A stretch of 63,401 nucleotides of DNA, counting the filler, from Hausera hauseri (Eukaryota): the NCBI GenBank assembly GCA_046269625.1. It is 11 parts of 11 records of this genome, joined end to end, with 100 filler letters (N's around TTAATTAATTAA, not from the genome) between each part and the next. Parts side by side here need not be neighbours in the genome. Positions count along the whole stretch, not along the records: positions 12,528 to 18,737 come from JBJURY010125540.1; positions 18,838 to 23,643 come from JBJURY010428585.1; positions 23,744 to 34,789 come from JBJURY010129983.1; 8 more parts are not named here. One strand, given 5' to 3'. The position numbers and the translations under genes were made by a program. A model generated the notes under the pieces. It worked only from the letters and a program-made list of their open reading frames with translations. It made no database searches and was not told where the DNA came from. Below, in pieces: positions 12,428 to 25,722 of the stretch. Position 1 is the first letter of the stretch; every line of letters begins with the position of its first letter.

Positions 12428-13189
12428 NNNNNNNNNNNNNNNNNNNNNNNNNNNNNNNNNNNNNNNNNNNNTTAATTAATTAANNNNNNNNNNNNNNNNN
12501 NNNNNNNNNNNNNNNNNNNNNNNNNNNTTTTACTCTTCTATATTGTGTTCTATATCGTAGTGAATGGGAACGATGAAGGCAGCCAACGTTTAAGTGAATT
12601 ATGCGAGAAAATCCCTATTAAATATCATGCTGTTGCTTGTACAATGTTTGCTCCGTTAGTTATGAAATATCGACGAAATCCGAATGTATAATCGAAATGA
12701 ATACTATCAATTATGTTCCGAAAAACGTCAAAGAAGGCACATCAGATTCAGGAAAACGAGAGTTGTTACCTGACACGAATAAAGTCGAAGATTCCCATAA
12801 AGCGTTAGATTATTTACAATTGACCTCTAAAGAAGAAAAACTGTCAGATACAAAAACGATTGACGATTCTCAAAAAGAAATCCGAATATTCATTGTTAAC
12901 AATAATCGAAGACAGATCTGTGAAATCTGACGAAAAACCGAATGCCGATAAAAACCGTTCTCCTCCCGTTTCACAACCTGTTGTTATTTGTAACATCAGC
13001 ACATCTGTAATTCTAAATGACGACCAATTAGCTTTCCAACTACCAAGTTCTAAATCTTCGTATACCTTAAAAAAAGGATTTATCTGATTTACCGATGAGT
13101 AGAAAAGAATCCGTAAATAATCAAATAGTGAGTCCTAAAAAGTCCAATTCATCAAAGAGAAATGATGCATCCAATATACCGTTAAATTC

Positions 13190-13298
13190 TAAAGGTTCAG
13201 ATTATTATCTACCATGTCCACGAAATTGTCCATCAGAGATCTATTCCCTCATGACTGCAACGTGGAAATTGAATCTTCATTTGCGACCGAATTTTTGA
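13190..13298 (+). pseudogene. Tyrosine kinase C-lobe fragment (DDR-like)
   Basis: YYLPCPRNCPSEIYSLMTATWKLNLHLRPNF matches kinase subdomains X-XI; no upstream catalytic motifs. Confidence 0.7.
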
Positions 13299-13926
13299 CA
13301 GACTTACAAAATTTTGACATTAATGTTAAAATCCTCCAGTATCGTTGATTCCAGTACGAACTGATTTTTGTATTTTCTTTGTATGTTTACTTTTGTTCTG
13401 TATACAGACTGTTATTATGGACATGAGTATGCTGCATTGTTTGGGCCATGCGTGAATGTGTGTTTTACGGGAATTACGAAATGCAAATGTCTATTATTTC
13501 GTTCAAATGGAACAGCAACACGAACTGAAGAAATGAATTGTCATGTTACGTTACAATTTTTCTAGATGTGGTTTTGTTTTATTATTGTAGTGATATTTAC
13601 AGAATTGCAAACTGCAATTAAATAAATTGATTTTTCTACCATTTTTGATTTTATTTGCAATTTGAGAATTGGTAATTGAATTTGGCTGTTTTGAACATTT
13701 TGCAACAATAGGAATTTTATCAGTCGTTTCACTTATCGCAGTTTTCAACCGATTTATTTCCAAGATCTTGGTGTGTCTTTGAATAAGTTGTGGATTCGAC
13801 AATTGCGATTTTGAAAACATTTATTTCGACATTTTGATTCCCTATTACATTACTTTGGATATTTTAATTTTGATCTTCCATTGTTTCATCGTGGATATTT
13901 GTTGCTGTCAATTACGAAATTATAAA

Positions 13927-15040
13927 ATGGTGTTAGAAATCCTAGAAATTCAACATATTGAAGTATTCAAAGTTTGCAAAATGCCTATAAAAATTTTATA
14001 CCAAAGATTACCTCAAATTATAATGAATTTCGGGAATTTATCAGAGAGACATGCAATCCCATCAATTACAGATTTTGTAGAAAAAAAGATGGCAATCCAT
14101 TTTGCTTCCTAACGTTCAGTCATGACGATCAAATTAAATTTGCAGAAGATTTGATTAATCTCATCGCAGGAAAGATGGTTGATGGTGTAACGTTGCATCC
14201 ACAGTTTCTGGTCGATAAAGTGGTTGGCAATTCAAACGATATTGTTTTTCATGAATCTGAAACTGTCGATGACATGGTCAACACAACTCATTTCGAAAAG
14301 GGCTTTTATTTCGTTCAATTGTACATGGAACACGGTTTGAACAATAATGTGACGTTGTTTCTCAACGATTTGTATCGGAATTATGAATTGAAACTGTTGT
14401 CATCGTTGATTTTTGGTGATAGGGATCGATCAATTGTTTGCCACATTTTATTTCGATGAAGATCAGTTTCATTGTGTTCATGTTTTGGATAAATCGAACT
14501 CATCGAGTCAAAGTCATGTTCATCGCCTACTGTAACGAAGAACGGGTCACCGTTGATGATATCTATCCAACCAGCAATACGCTCCGGGAAATCCCTCTAC
14601 TGGCTCACAAATGCACCATTGACGGGGTCGTTATCGTTGATCCGGAGCGTCAACAAATTACGGCAACAGACGTTCTCCACAATAACATGAAAACCAGCCT
14701 GATAAAGGAATATAATGCGCAGCTCAAATCCAATCGTGTTGTGGCATTGGATTACACAGATTTCGCGTCAATTAGCTATCGAAAACCTCGTCGGCAAAGG
14801 AATCGTCGAGCCGATATGAAGCGAGAAAGTGACGAATAGCATGGCTGTTGAACACATTTCGACATTTGCCGATGAACTCGTCAGTGGGCATTCGTCGCGT
14901 CAATGCACAACAGATTTCGTTAGTAATAAGGCGATTTTGGATAAGGAATATTCCCGTGTAGATATTCGTTATTTAAGTCAATTCACCGAAGATAGCAATT
15001 GGTATCGTTGCGGGGTTGTCAAGGACAAACTTCCTCTACA
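13927..15040 (+). pseudogene. Tudor-domain protein fragment (frameshifted, intron-less)
   Basis: Extended-Tudor-like segments VKVMFIAYCNEERVTVDDIYP..LREIPLLAHKCTI and SQFTEDSNWYRCGVV; N-terminal RRM-like part (FCFLTF). Confidence 0.65.
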
Positions 15041-15219
15041 TGATTTGGTCTCACGTTCAAGATTTGGCTGGTTACAACCAGCACGATGCGCATGAATTTC
15101 TTTCGGCGCTACTTTCGTTGCTTTACTTATCTTAATGATCCCAACTTCAACAAATCGTACATTTATACTACGTGTAACAAGTAAGATTCCACCTCTGAAA
15201 GAGGGACAAAGGTCGACCA

Positions 15220-15392
15220 ATTAAATGATCAAAGAGACCACTACGCTCTTAGTTTGGCATGCCTCAAAGGACATTTCAAGGCGGTCGAATATTTGCTTAA
15301 AATTTATGCTGATCCAACAAATAAAATATAATTATACGATTCCCATTGAAGCACTACGAAAGGAACTTTTCGATATTATCGACCTACTACTA
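15220..15392 (+). pseudogene. Ankyrin-repeat fragment (ANKHD1/Mask-like)
   Basis: DHYALSLACLKGHFKAVEYLLKIYADPTNK, frameshift, YTIPIEALRKELFDIIDLLL; resembles DHTVVSLACAGGHLAVVELLLAHGADPTH..TMLIEAAKGGH. Confidence 0.65.
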
Positions 15393-15505
15393 CTGCCCGC
15401 CAGGCCGAGACGGAGATCCCGACCGCAAATTTTGCGCCGGTCGATCGGGGGGAGGCAGCTTCGACGTCGGCCCCAAGTCGTGCTCCAGGGCCCACTACTG
15501 CTCCC

Positions 15506-15703
15506 ATTTCCTTTTTCTTTATTTATAATAACACACACTCCACACAACACAGCCACACATTTTTACACCAGACCCGCATTTCTTCTTTCCTTGGGTCTTC
15601 AGACGTCTTCCTCACTCATCACGGCACTATCATTCATCTCAACGAAACTTTACCTTTCCCAAATCGAGCTTGCTTCAGCATACATCTCCGTATCCGCGGT
15701 GGA
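15506..15703 (+). CDS. Ubiquitin-like domain in frame with Gag (copy 2, uninterrupted)
   Basis: ISFFFIYNNTHSTQHSHTFLHQTRISSFLGSSDVFLTHHGTIIHLNETLPFPNRACFSIHLRIRGG directly followed by ATG 15704; 66 codons with no stop. Confidence 0.7.
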
Positions 15704-18700
15704 ATGAATTTCCCACCAACCACTGATACTACAGATACAACCACCTCAAAGAAGCCAATACCCATTCTCTACTACACCAGACCAAGTCACCCACCTATTT
15801 TAACCGACGCAAACTCTTCCAACAAAAACCCAGTTCATACTTCTACATATTGCATTGACTACTTCATCGATAATGAAAAGTCCAGTAAAACGTGGCTTCA
15901 TTTCCACCAACTCTGGCTACAGTCTAATGGTATCACTGACTCCTTATCTAAAGCCCATAGTTTGCTTTATCTTCTCCCGAATTACATAAAAGCCTCAATA
16001 CATAACCTGCTAGAGATCTTTCAACACCCTGACCCTTATACCCAATTATTTGACGCTGTATTGAAACAGACCGAACTTTCCATTGACTCCATAATGCAGC
16101 GTTTCTTTAACAAAAATGCACTGGGTACACAAAAACCCAGTGACTTCTTACGGACCTCACTAGCACACTTGCGTACTTTTGGCATCACTAGGGAACATAA
16201 CCCGGATCTTCTACGCCATTATTTTATGAATGCCCTACCTATCCAAATCCGGGCCCTTCTTACCGTGGTGGAAGACTCCACACCACTTGATAAATTGGCC
16301 AAATTGACCGATAGGACATACGATGTCCTCCACATAAATTCACAACCCGTAGTTTCAGCAGAAGTTGCTGCTAACGACATACAAACAACTAACACGCCCA
16401 TAGAACAGCAGCTAAATTAGCTACGTGCTGAAAATATTGCATTGCAGGCAACTAGCACCAACATAAATAATAAATTAAATGAATAGTCTTTGTCCCGACG
16501 AGGGGGTTTTGCCGCTAACCGTACCCGTTATCCTTCAGGAAACCGCTCACATTGCCTGCGCGTTCGTAGATCTGCTACTACCACAGCAGATTTAACACTA
16601 ATGCCCAGAAGTGCTGCCTGGGGTGCCAATTTTATAACAGTAAATTTTCCTCGAGCACCGTTGTTTGCATTTACCATGCGAGATTCAAAAATCAAGCACG
16701 TAAATGTATCCCCGGCTGCACCTTCAAATCCAACACGAACGACGGACGTACTGTCTTCACTTCAAACAGTCGTCCCACTTCTCCTTTTCAAAAAACCTAA
16801 CTTCGCCGCCAGAAGTCACGGCAACCTCTGGCGAAGACACTCGTTCACACTCTAAACGCCGACATGTCCTTTCGCAGTCTTCACGCTAAAAGCCGCAATT
16901 ACTGCCACTACAACTAAATCTCTTGGCTTCCTTATTGATACATGGGCAGCCATTTCTCTATTACCGCAAACCTTTCCTACACAGAACTCTCCTTTCAAAA
17001 TCAAACCTTTATATACTGCTTCAGGCCAGCCGTTGCACATCTCGGGAACGGCTACACTGTCTTTCACACTACCAAATTTCTTCACATCTTTCCGTTGGAC
17101 GTTCACAGTCGCTAACGTCCAGTCGGCAATCCTTGGTTCTTAATTCCTCTCACACTACAATTTACTGGTGGACTGCAACCAGCGATGTCTCAGGAGCGGC
17201 ACCACTGGCAACATTTCTGTACATGTATATAGCGTTTCGACTACCGCGCAGTCGACCGTGAGGTAGAAGTCAATCCTAAAATGTCTGCGAATAAGTCGAT
17301 TTTTTAGAACAGTAATTCGAATTTTCACCAAAGCTAACTCATTCGACGAAAATAACTCAGCCAACACCATTTTCAACTCAACCATCTTGCACCAAATTCC
17401 ACTTGACTGCATATCACGTAGCAACTCAGACATTGCATCCGCTACCACTCAAACCGTTCCACCACTTTCACCGAATCCCTCACAGTTACCTAAAATTTTA
17501 CAGCAATTCATCAACAAAGCATGTCCACGCGTACCTAAAAAAGACCGTTCCTTTACTCATGCCAACAGCACTCTACACCATATAGTCATACAGTATCAAC
17601 GTCCAATACGCCAAAAGGTACGGCCTTTGTCACCTCGCCGTAGACAGGCCGTAGAAGCCGACTTTCTTGAGCTCGAAAGCTCCGGCATAGTACGCCGTTC
17701 CAAATCACCTTGGTCATCACTGTTACACGTTGTACAAAAAAGGATGGCACTTTTCGACCATGCGGTCACTACCGACATCTGAATAACTTGACCATCATGG
17801 ATGCATATCCTTTACCACTCATCAAGGATATCTTGCATCGCCTTAATCCAACCATCATTTATTTGACTATTGATTTAGCTGAAACCTACCACCAAATACC
17901 GGTAGCACCTGAAGACATTGAAAAAACCTCAGTAACTACTCCGTTTGGCCTATACAAATATTTATTTATAGCATTTGGTTTTTGGAATGCAGCACAAACT
18001 TTTTAGCGACACATAGATTCCATTCTTTCCGATTTCTCGTTTGCACACCCTTATATCGACGACATTTTAGTCGTTTCGTCTTCGGCCAAACAACATGAAG
18101 AACACCTTCGAGCAATATTTCAACGTCTCAACCATCATAATCTACAAATCAATTTTGACAAATTTTAATTTTTCAAAAGCGCATTAACTTTTTAGGAAAC
18201 GTTATCACACTAGACGGTCATTCTCCCAATCAGACCGAGTTGAAGCTCTTAAAAACATCCAGTTGCCACGCACGACCACCGAAATGCGCAGCTTCCTTGG
18301 CACACTTTACTTTGTACATAAATATGTGCCATATTGCTCGGAATTAACAGCGCCATTCGCATACCTAAGCGGCGGCAAAAAAATATCAACCAAATCAATG
18401 GACACCTGAATTGGTTGACAAATTCGACAAGCTCCGCGAAGGCATCAAAACTGTAGATATTCTTGCTTTTCCCAAGCCTGATGCAGAACTTATCCTCACT
18501 ACTGACGCGTCAATCACTGCAGTAGGCGCTGTACTCCACCATATCTACAAGGGAGAAAACCAACCATTGGAATTTTTCTCTCGCAAACTAACCGCACCTG
18601 AAACCAGGTATTTCACGTTCGATTAAGAACTATTGGCAATCGTTCTCGCCCTCAAACATTTCTCACACTTACTCGTCGCTCGTCATTTCACTCTACAAAC

Positions 18701-18737
18701 TGACCACAAGCCTTTACTTAACATCATGGCCATGAAA
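15704..18737 (+). mobile_element. Ty3/Gypsy element copy 2 (CsRN1-like): gag, protease, RT, RNase H; decayed and truncated
   Basis: Gag LGTQKPSDFLR..FMNALP..LDKLA; two CHCC knuckles; protease FLIDTWAAISLLP; RT SKSPWSS..KDGTFRPCGHYRHLN..DAYPLP..YIDDILV; RNase H TDASITAVGAVL..FFSRKL..ELLAI..TDHKPL. Confidence 0.95.
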
Positions 18738-18837
18738 NNNNNNNNNNNNNNNNNNNNNNNNNNNNNNNNNNNNNNNNNNNNTTAATTAATTAANNNNNNN
18801 NNNNNNNNNNNNNNNNNNNNNNNNNNNNNNNNNNNNN

Positions 18838-21800
18838 ACGTGATGTCACGTGATTGGTCACATGATGTTACGTGATTGATCTCGCGATGTCACGTCATTA
18901 AACTCATGATATCACGTGATGTCTCGTGATTGGTCCAGTAAAGTCGCGTGATTAAACCCGCGATAACACGTGATGTCACGAGATTGGTCACATGATGTCA
19001 CGCGATTGATCTCGCGACATCACATGATTATACTCATACCAAGTGATGTCACGTGATTGGTCAGATGATGTCACGTGATTGATCTCGCGAAGTCACGTAG
19101 TTAAACTCATGATATGAAGTGATGTCACGTGATTGTTCTGATGATGTCACGTGATTAATCTCGCGATTTCATGTGATTTCACTCATGATATCAAGTGATG
19201 TCACGTGATTGGTCACATGATGTCACGTGATTGATCTCGTGATGTCACGTGATTAAACTCATGTTATCACGTAATGTAACGTGATTAGTCACACTATGTC
19301 ACGTAATTGATCTCGCGATGTCACTTGACTAACTCATGATATCACTTGATATCAAGGGATTGGTCCAGTAATGTTACGTGATTGAACCCGCGATATCACG
19401 TGATGTCACTTGATTAGTCACATGATGTCACGTGATTGATCTCGCAATGTCAAGTGATTAAACTCATGAGATCACGTGGTATCACGTGATTGGTGTCATG
19501 ATGTCACGTGATTGATCTCGCGATGTCACGTGATTAAACTCATGAGATCACGTGATATCACGTGATAGGTGTCATGATGTCACGTGATTGATCTCGCGAA
19601 GTCACGTGATTAAACCCATGATATCATGTGATGTCACATGATTGGTCACATGACGTCGCGTGATTGATCTGGTGATGTCACGTAATTAATCTCATGTTAT
19701 CACGTGATGTAACGTGATTGCTCTCGTGAAGTCACGTGAATAAACACATGATATCACGTGATGTCGCGAGATTGGTCACATGAGGTCACGTGATTGATCT
19801 CGCGATGTCACGTGATTAAACTCATGATATGAAGTGATGTCACGTGATTGGTCACATGATGTCACGTGATTGATCTCACGATGTCATGTGATTAAACTCC
19901 TGAGATCACGTGATATCACGTGATTGGTCACATGATGTCACGTGATTGATCTCGCGAAGTCACGTGATTAAACTCATGATATCAAGTGATGTCACGTGAT
20001 TGGTCACATGACGTTACGTGATTCATCTCGCGATGTTATGTGATTAAACTCATGAGATCACGTGATATCACGTGATTGGTCACATCATGTCACGTGATTG
20101 ATCTCGCGAAATCACGTGATTAAAATCATGATATCAAGTAATGTCACGTGATTGGTCACATGATGTCACGTGATTGATCTCATGATGTCACGTGATTAAA
20201 CTCATGTTATCACATGATGTAATGTGATTGCTCTCGTGAAGTCACGTGAATAAACACATGATATCACGCGATGTCACGTGATTGGTCACATGATGACACG
20301 TGATTGATCTCGTGATGTCACGTGATTAATCTCATGTTATCGCGTAATGTAACGTGATTGCTCTCGTGAAGTCACGTAAATAAACACATGATATCACGTG
20401 ATGTCACGTGATTGGTCACATGATGTTACGTGATTGATCTCGCGATGTCACGTCATTAAACTCATGATATCACGTGATGTCTCGTGATTGGTCCAGTAAA
20501 GTCGCGTGATTAAACCCGCGATAACACGTGATGTCACGAGATTGGTCACATGATGTCACGCGATTGATCTCGCGACATCACATGATTATACTCATACCAA
20601 GTGATGTCACGTGATTGGTCAGATGATGTCACGTGATTGATCTCGCGAAGTCACGTAGTTAAACTCATGATATGAAGTGATGTCACGTGATTGTTCTGAT
20701 GATGTCACGTGATTAATCTCGCGATTTCATGTGATTTCACTCATGATATCAAGTGATGTCACGTGATTGGTCACATGATGTCACGTGATTGATCTCGCGA
20801 TTTCATGTGATTTCACTCATGAGATCACGTGATGTCACGTGATTGGTCACATGATATTACGTGATTGATCTCGCGATGTCATGTGATTAAACTCATGAGA
20901 TCACGTGATATTACGTGATTGGTCACATGATGTCACGTGATTGATCTTTCGAAGTCACGAGATTAAAATCATGATATGAAGTGATGTCACGTGATTGGTC
21001 TGATGATGTCACGTGATTGATCTCGCGATTTCATGTGATTTCACTCATGAGATCACGTGATGTCACTTGATTGGTCACATGATGTCACGTGATTGTACTC
21101 GCGAAGTTACGTGATTAAACTCATGATATCACGTGATATCACGTGATTGGTCACATGATGTTACGTGATTGATCTTGCGATGTCACGTGACTATCTCATG
21201 ACATCACGTGACGTCGCGTGAATAAACTCATGATATCATGTGATGTCACATGATTGGTCAAATGATGTCACGTGATTGATCTCGTGATGTCACGTGATTA
21301 ATCTCATGTTATCACGTGATATAACGTGATTGCTGTCGTGAAGTCACGTGATTAAACTCATGATATCACGTGATGTCTCGTGATTGGTCCTGTAATGTCA
21401 CGTGATTGAACCCGCAATATCACGTGATGTCACGAGATTGGTTACATGATATCACTCGATTGATCTTGCAATGTCAATAATTAAACTCATATCAAGTGAT
21501 GTCACGTGATTGGTCACATGATGTTACGTGATTGATCTCGCGAAGTCACATGATTAAACTCATGATATGAAGTGATGTCACGTGATTTGTCACATGATGT
21601 CACGTGATTGATCTCGCGATTTCATGTGATTGAACTCATGAGATCACGTAATGTAAAGTGATTAGTCACACTATGTCACGTAATTGATCTCGCGATGTCA
21701 CTTGACTAACTCATGATATCACGTGATGTCACGTGATTAGTCACATGATGTCACATGTTTGATATCGCGATGTTACGTGATCAAACTCATAATATCACGT

Positions 21801-23643
21801 GAAGTCACGTGATTGGTGTCATGATGTCACGTGATTTATCTCGCGATGTCAAGTGACTAACTCATGATATCACGTGACGTCACGTGATTGGTCACATGAT
21901 GTCACGTGATTGATCTCGCGATGTCACGTTACTAAACTCATGATATCACATGACGTCACGTGATTGGACCCGTAAAGTCACGTGATTGATCTCGTGATAT
22001 CACTTTATTAATCTCATGTTATCACGGGATGTAACGTGATTGCTCTCGTGAAGTCACGTGAATAAACCCATGATATCATGTGATGTCACATGATTGGTCA
22101 CATGATGTCACGTGATTGATCTGGTGATGTCACGTGATTAATCTCATGTTATCACGTGATGTAACGTGATTGCTCTCGTGAAGTCACGTGAATAAACACA
22201 TGATATCACGTGATGTCGCGAGATTGGTCACATGAGGTCACGTGATTGATCTCGCGATGTCACGTGATTAAACTCATGATATGAAGTGATGTCACGTGAT
22301 TGGTCACATGATGTCACGTGATTGATCTCACGATGTCATGTGATTAAACTCCTGAGATCACGTGATATCACGTGATTGGTCACATGATGTCACGTGATTG
22401 ATCTCGCGAAGTCACGTGATTAAACTCATGATATCAAGTGATGTCACGTGATTGGTCACATGATGTCACGTGATTGATCTCGCGATGTCATGTGATTTAA
22501 CTCATGAGATCACGTGATGTCACGTGATTGGTCACATTATGTTACGTTAATGATCTCGCTATTTCACGTGATTAAACTCATGAGATCACGTAATATCACG
22601 TAATTGGTGTCATGATGTCACGTGATTGTTCTCGCGAAGTCACGTGATTAAACTCATGATATCAAGTGATGTCACGTGATTAATCACATGATGTCACGTG
22701 ATTGATATCCCGATGTTACGTGATCGAACTCATGATATCACGTGATGTCACATGATTGGACACATGATGTCACGTGATTTATATCGCGCTGTCAAGTGAC
22801 TACCTCATGATATCACGTGCCGTCGCTTTATTGGTCACATTATGTCACGTGATTGATTTTGCGATGTCACGTTACTGAACTCATGATATCACATGACGTC
22901 ACGTAATTGGACCCGTAAAGTCACGTGATTGATCTCGTGATGTCACGTGATTAATCTCATGTTATCACGTGATATAACGTGATTGCTTTCGTGAAGTCAC
23001 ATAAATAAACTCATGATATCACGTGATGTCACGTGATTAGTCACATGATGTTACGTGATTGATCTCGCGATGTCACGTGATTAAATTAATGATATCACGT
23101 GATGTCTCGTGATTGGTTTAGTAATGTCACGTGATTGAACCGGCGATATCACGTGATGTCACGAGATTAGTCACATGATGTCACGCGATTGATCTAGCGA
23201 TGTCACGTGATTAAACTCCTGATATCAATTGATGTCACGTGATTGGTCACATGATGTCACGTGATTAATCTCGCGAAGTCACGTGATTAAACTCATGATA
23301 TGAAGTGATGTCACGTGATTGGTCGCATGATGTCACGAGATTGATCTCGCGATTTTATGTGATTTCACTCATGAGATCACCTGATGTCACGTAATTGGTC
23401 ACATGATGTTACGTGATTGATATCGCGATGTCACGTGATTAAACTCATGATATCACGTGATATCACGTGATTAGTCACATGATGTCACGTGATTGATATC
23501 CCGATGTTATGTGATCAAACTCATGATATCACGTGATGTCACGTGATTGGACACATGATGTCACCCGATTTATCTCGCGATGTCAAGTGACTACCTCATG
23601 ATATCACGTGACGTCGCGTTATTGGTCACATGATGTCACGTGA
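18838..23643. repeat. Satellite array, ~76-bp unit (22+22+22+10) built on TCACGTGA palindromes
   Basis: Consensus TGATGTCACGTGATTGGTCACA TGATGTCACGTGATTGATCTCG CGATGTCACGTGATTAAACTCA TGATATCACG; 54-bp variants; fills the whole contig. Confidence 0.98.
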
Positions 23644-23743
23644 NNNNNNNNNNNNNNNNNNNNNNNNNNNNNNNNNNNNNNNNNNNNTTAATTAATTAAN
23701 NNNNNNNNNNNNNNNNNNNNNNNNNNNNNNNNNNNNNNNNNNN

Positions 23744-25722
23744 AGTCAGTGTTCAAGGCCTTGCGTATTCACAGGCTTGCACTCTTTGGTCATCTACCTG
23801 GTGGTTGAGTGGGCCTGGGTTCCGCCTAATCGTATAGTGGGATTATTTTTATCTAAGTTCTATGTGTTGTGATCTTTAATTAGATTAGTCTGGTTTTCTA
23901 TCTAGTCTAAATCCGTGCAATAATACCAGCTAAGTAAGACAGTGACACTGAAACAACAATTTCTTCACAGTGACTATGCACATCTGACACTTATGAGTGA
24001 TAACACATCTTAAACTAATATTAAAGTTTATTATAGTAAGTTCACAACACCTATATATCCTGCATATAAATCATAGTATGACACAACTGCAAATCAATCC
24101 ATTAATGATATGGTAAAGAAATGAATTCAATTATGCATGCATCTTAGCATACAACAGATAACTAATTAACGTATCTAATTATACACTTAATTTAGTTATC
24201 TCTAACGTGGTCTTCCCTTTCTGGGATTTCCTTTCTGATTAACTCGATTGACAGTTATTTATTAATAGAACGCGTTTTCTTGCTTCACCGAAATAACTTG
24301 ATTAACAGTATTAACACATATTAGTATTGTTCTGGTACTTATTGTCTATTCACTCAATTTCCGCGCCGTCTGTTAATTAACACTGTCTCTGGCAATTTAA
24401 GAATATGTCTCTGTTATGGTAAGGGCTATTTCGTTACTTCTCGACTGTCTGAGTCTAACGCTGTTCTCTCAAAGGTACAACGCTCTAGTAGGTTATGCGA
24501 CAGGATTATCACTCGAGTAAATCATGGATCTTTTAACAACTACACAGTATTCGTGATAACTAGCAGCACAGCAATTCACAACACGTTTAGTTATCTTTAG
24601 GCCAATTACTGCAAAACTGTTCACGGTTTCTTAATAATATCACATCAGGTATCTGATAAGCTCACTAGTTTTACACTCGTGTTTAAATTCGGTAGAGGAT
24701 TCATCTGAGTATCTTCTGCACTTTAATCTGCGAGATTTTAGTAACCTTTGTATAGATAAATTTATACCTGGTGAAACTGCAGCCAACAGCTGGAACTGAC
24801 TTCTCTGCTAACTTCGGTTCTGCTCGAGTACACGCTCAGTACGACTCAGTGATTAGGGTTATGACTCACTCGATTAGACGGGTCTCCACCATTAGGGTCT
24901 CGAACACTAATTATTGCGTACGCTCTGCGAACGATTTCAACTATGGCTATGTACTATTAGGTCTGACACTGACTTCCGGCTCTGCTGTGCCTGATTCTAA
25001 CTACCTCAGCTGGGTTTTCTACTTTCTGGCTAATAAACTTTTATATTCTAAGTAGAGCCGAGCTCTCCGTCTAATCCCCTCTCTACCTGAGTGTCCGAGT
25101 CTCTGAGTGTGAGTGTGAGAGTCTTGCTACTAAGGTATTCCTTAGCTTATAAGCATTTAGTTTCTTTGTCTCGGTTCTGTCTGCCCGGTTCTGGCCGGAT
25201 TTCTGTCCTAACATTGACTTCACCCTGGCCTTGATTCTCGCCCCTGGGAAATTTTCGCCATTAACATTTAGTTTCCCACACTTGCTATTCCTGAAGTATC
25301 TCCCTCAGATTTATTGCTGCAAGTGGGCGTTCCTGAACCTGTGGTATCCGTCTCTGAATTCTAATTTTCCTCGCTCAAACTAACATTTTGCACTTTTGGT
25401 GTCTGAACGTGTGAGGCCATGGCTGGATTTTCCTGGATCCAATTACCCCAGCTTACTATACTGACCACCTGGTTCTCTAAACTGTATTTTAAGTTTGTTG
25501 GAGCGGTCAGTGTTCATGTACATTTTACTTCGTTCCCACGGGAATTGTCCTTTATGCATATTTAACTAGTTCATGCACAAGTCCCGCTTAAAGCATCACG
25601 TCTTTGCGTTTCTTAGTCTTTGTGTTATTTCGTCTTTGTGTTTTGTAGTCCTGTAAACCCTAAGTTAGATAAACCACTTGATCTCTAATTATTAATTGGC
25701 AACGCCAATACTGCTATATATA
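23744..25722 (-). mobile_element. Putative long 3' LTR of a minus-strand LTR element
   Basis: Preceded on the minus strand by purine tract AAAAAGGGGG (~25734-25725); shares TCGTATAGTGG and TAAGAC..GTGACAC..ACAAT with 33000-33220. Confidence 0.4.

Noticed and set aside
15385-15505. GC-rich island as a ribozyme or ncRNA
   Set aside because: No hammerhead or HDV core recognised; it reads as an open linker in frame with the UBL.
18838-23643. CRISPR-like array
   Set aside because: No unique spacers, no cas genes, eukaryotic context; it is a satellite.
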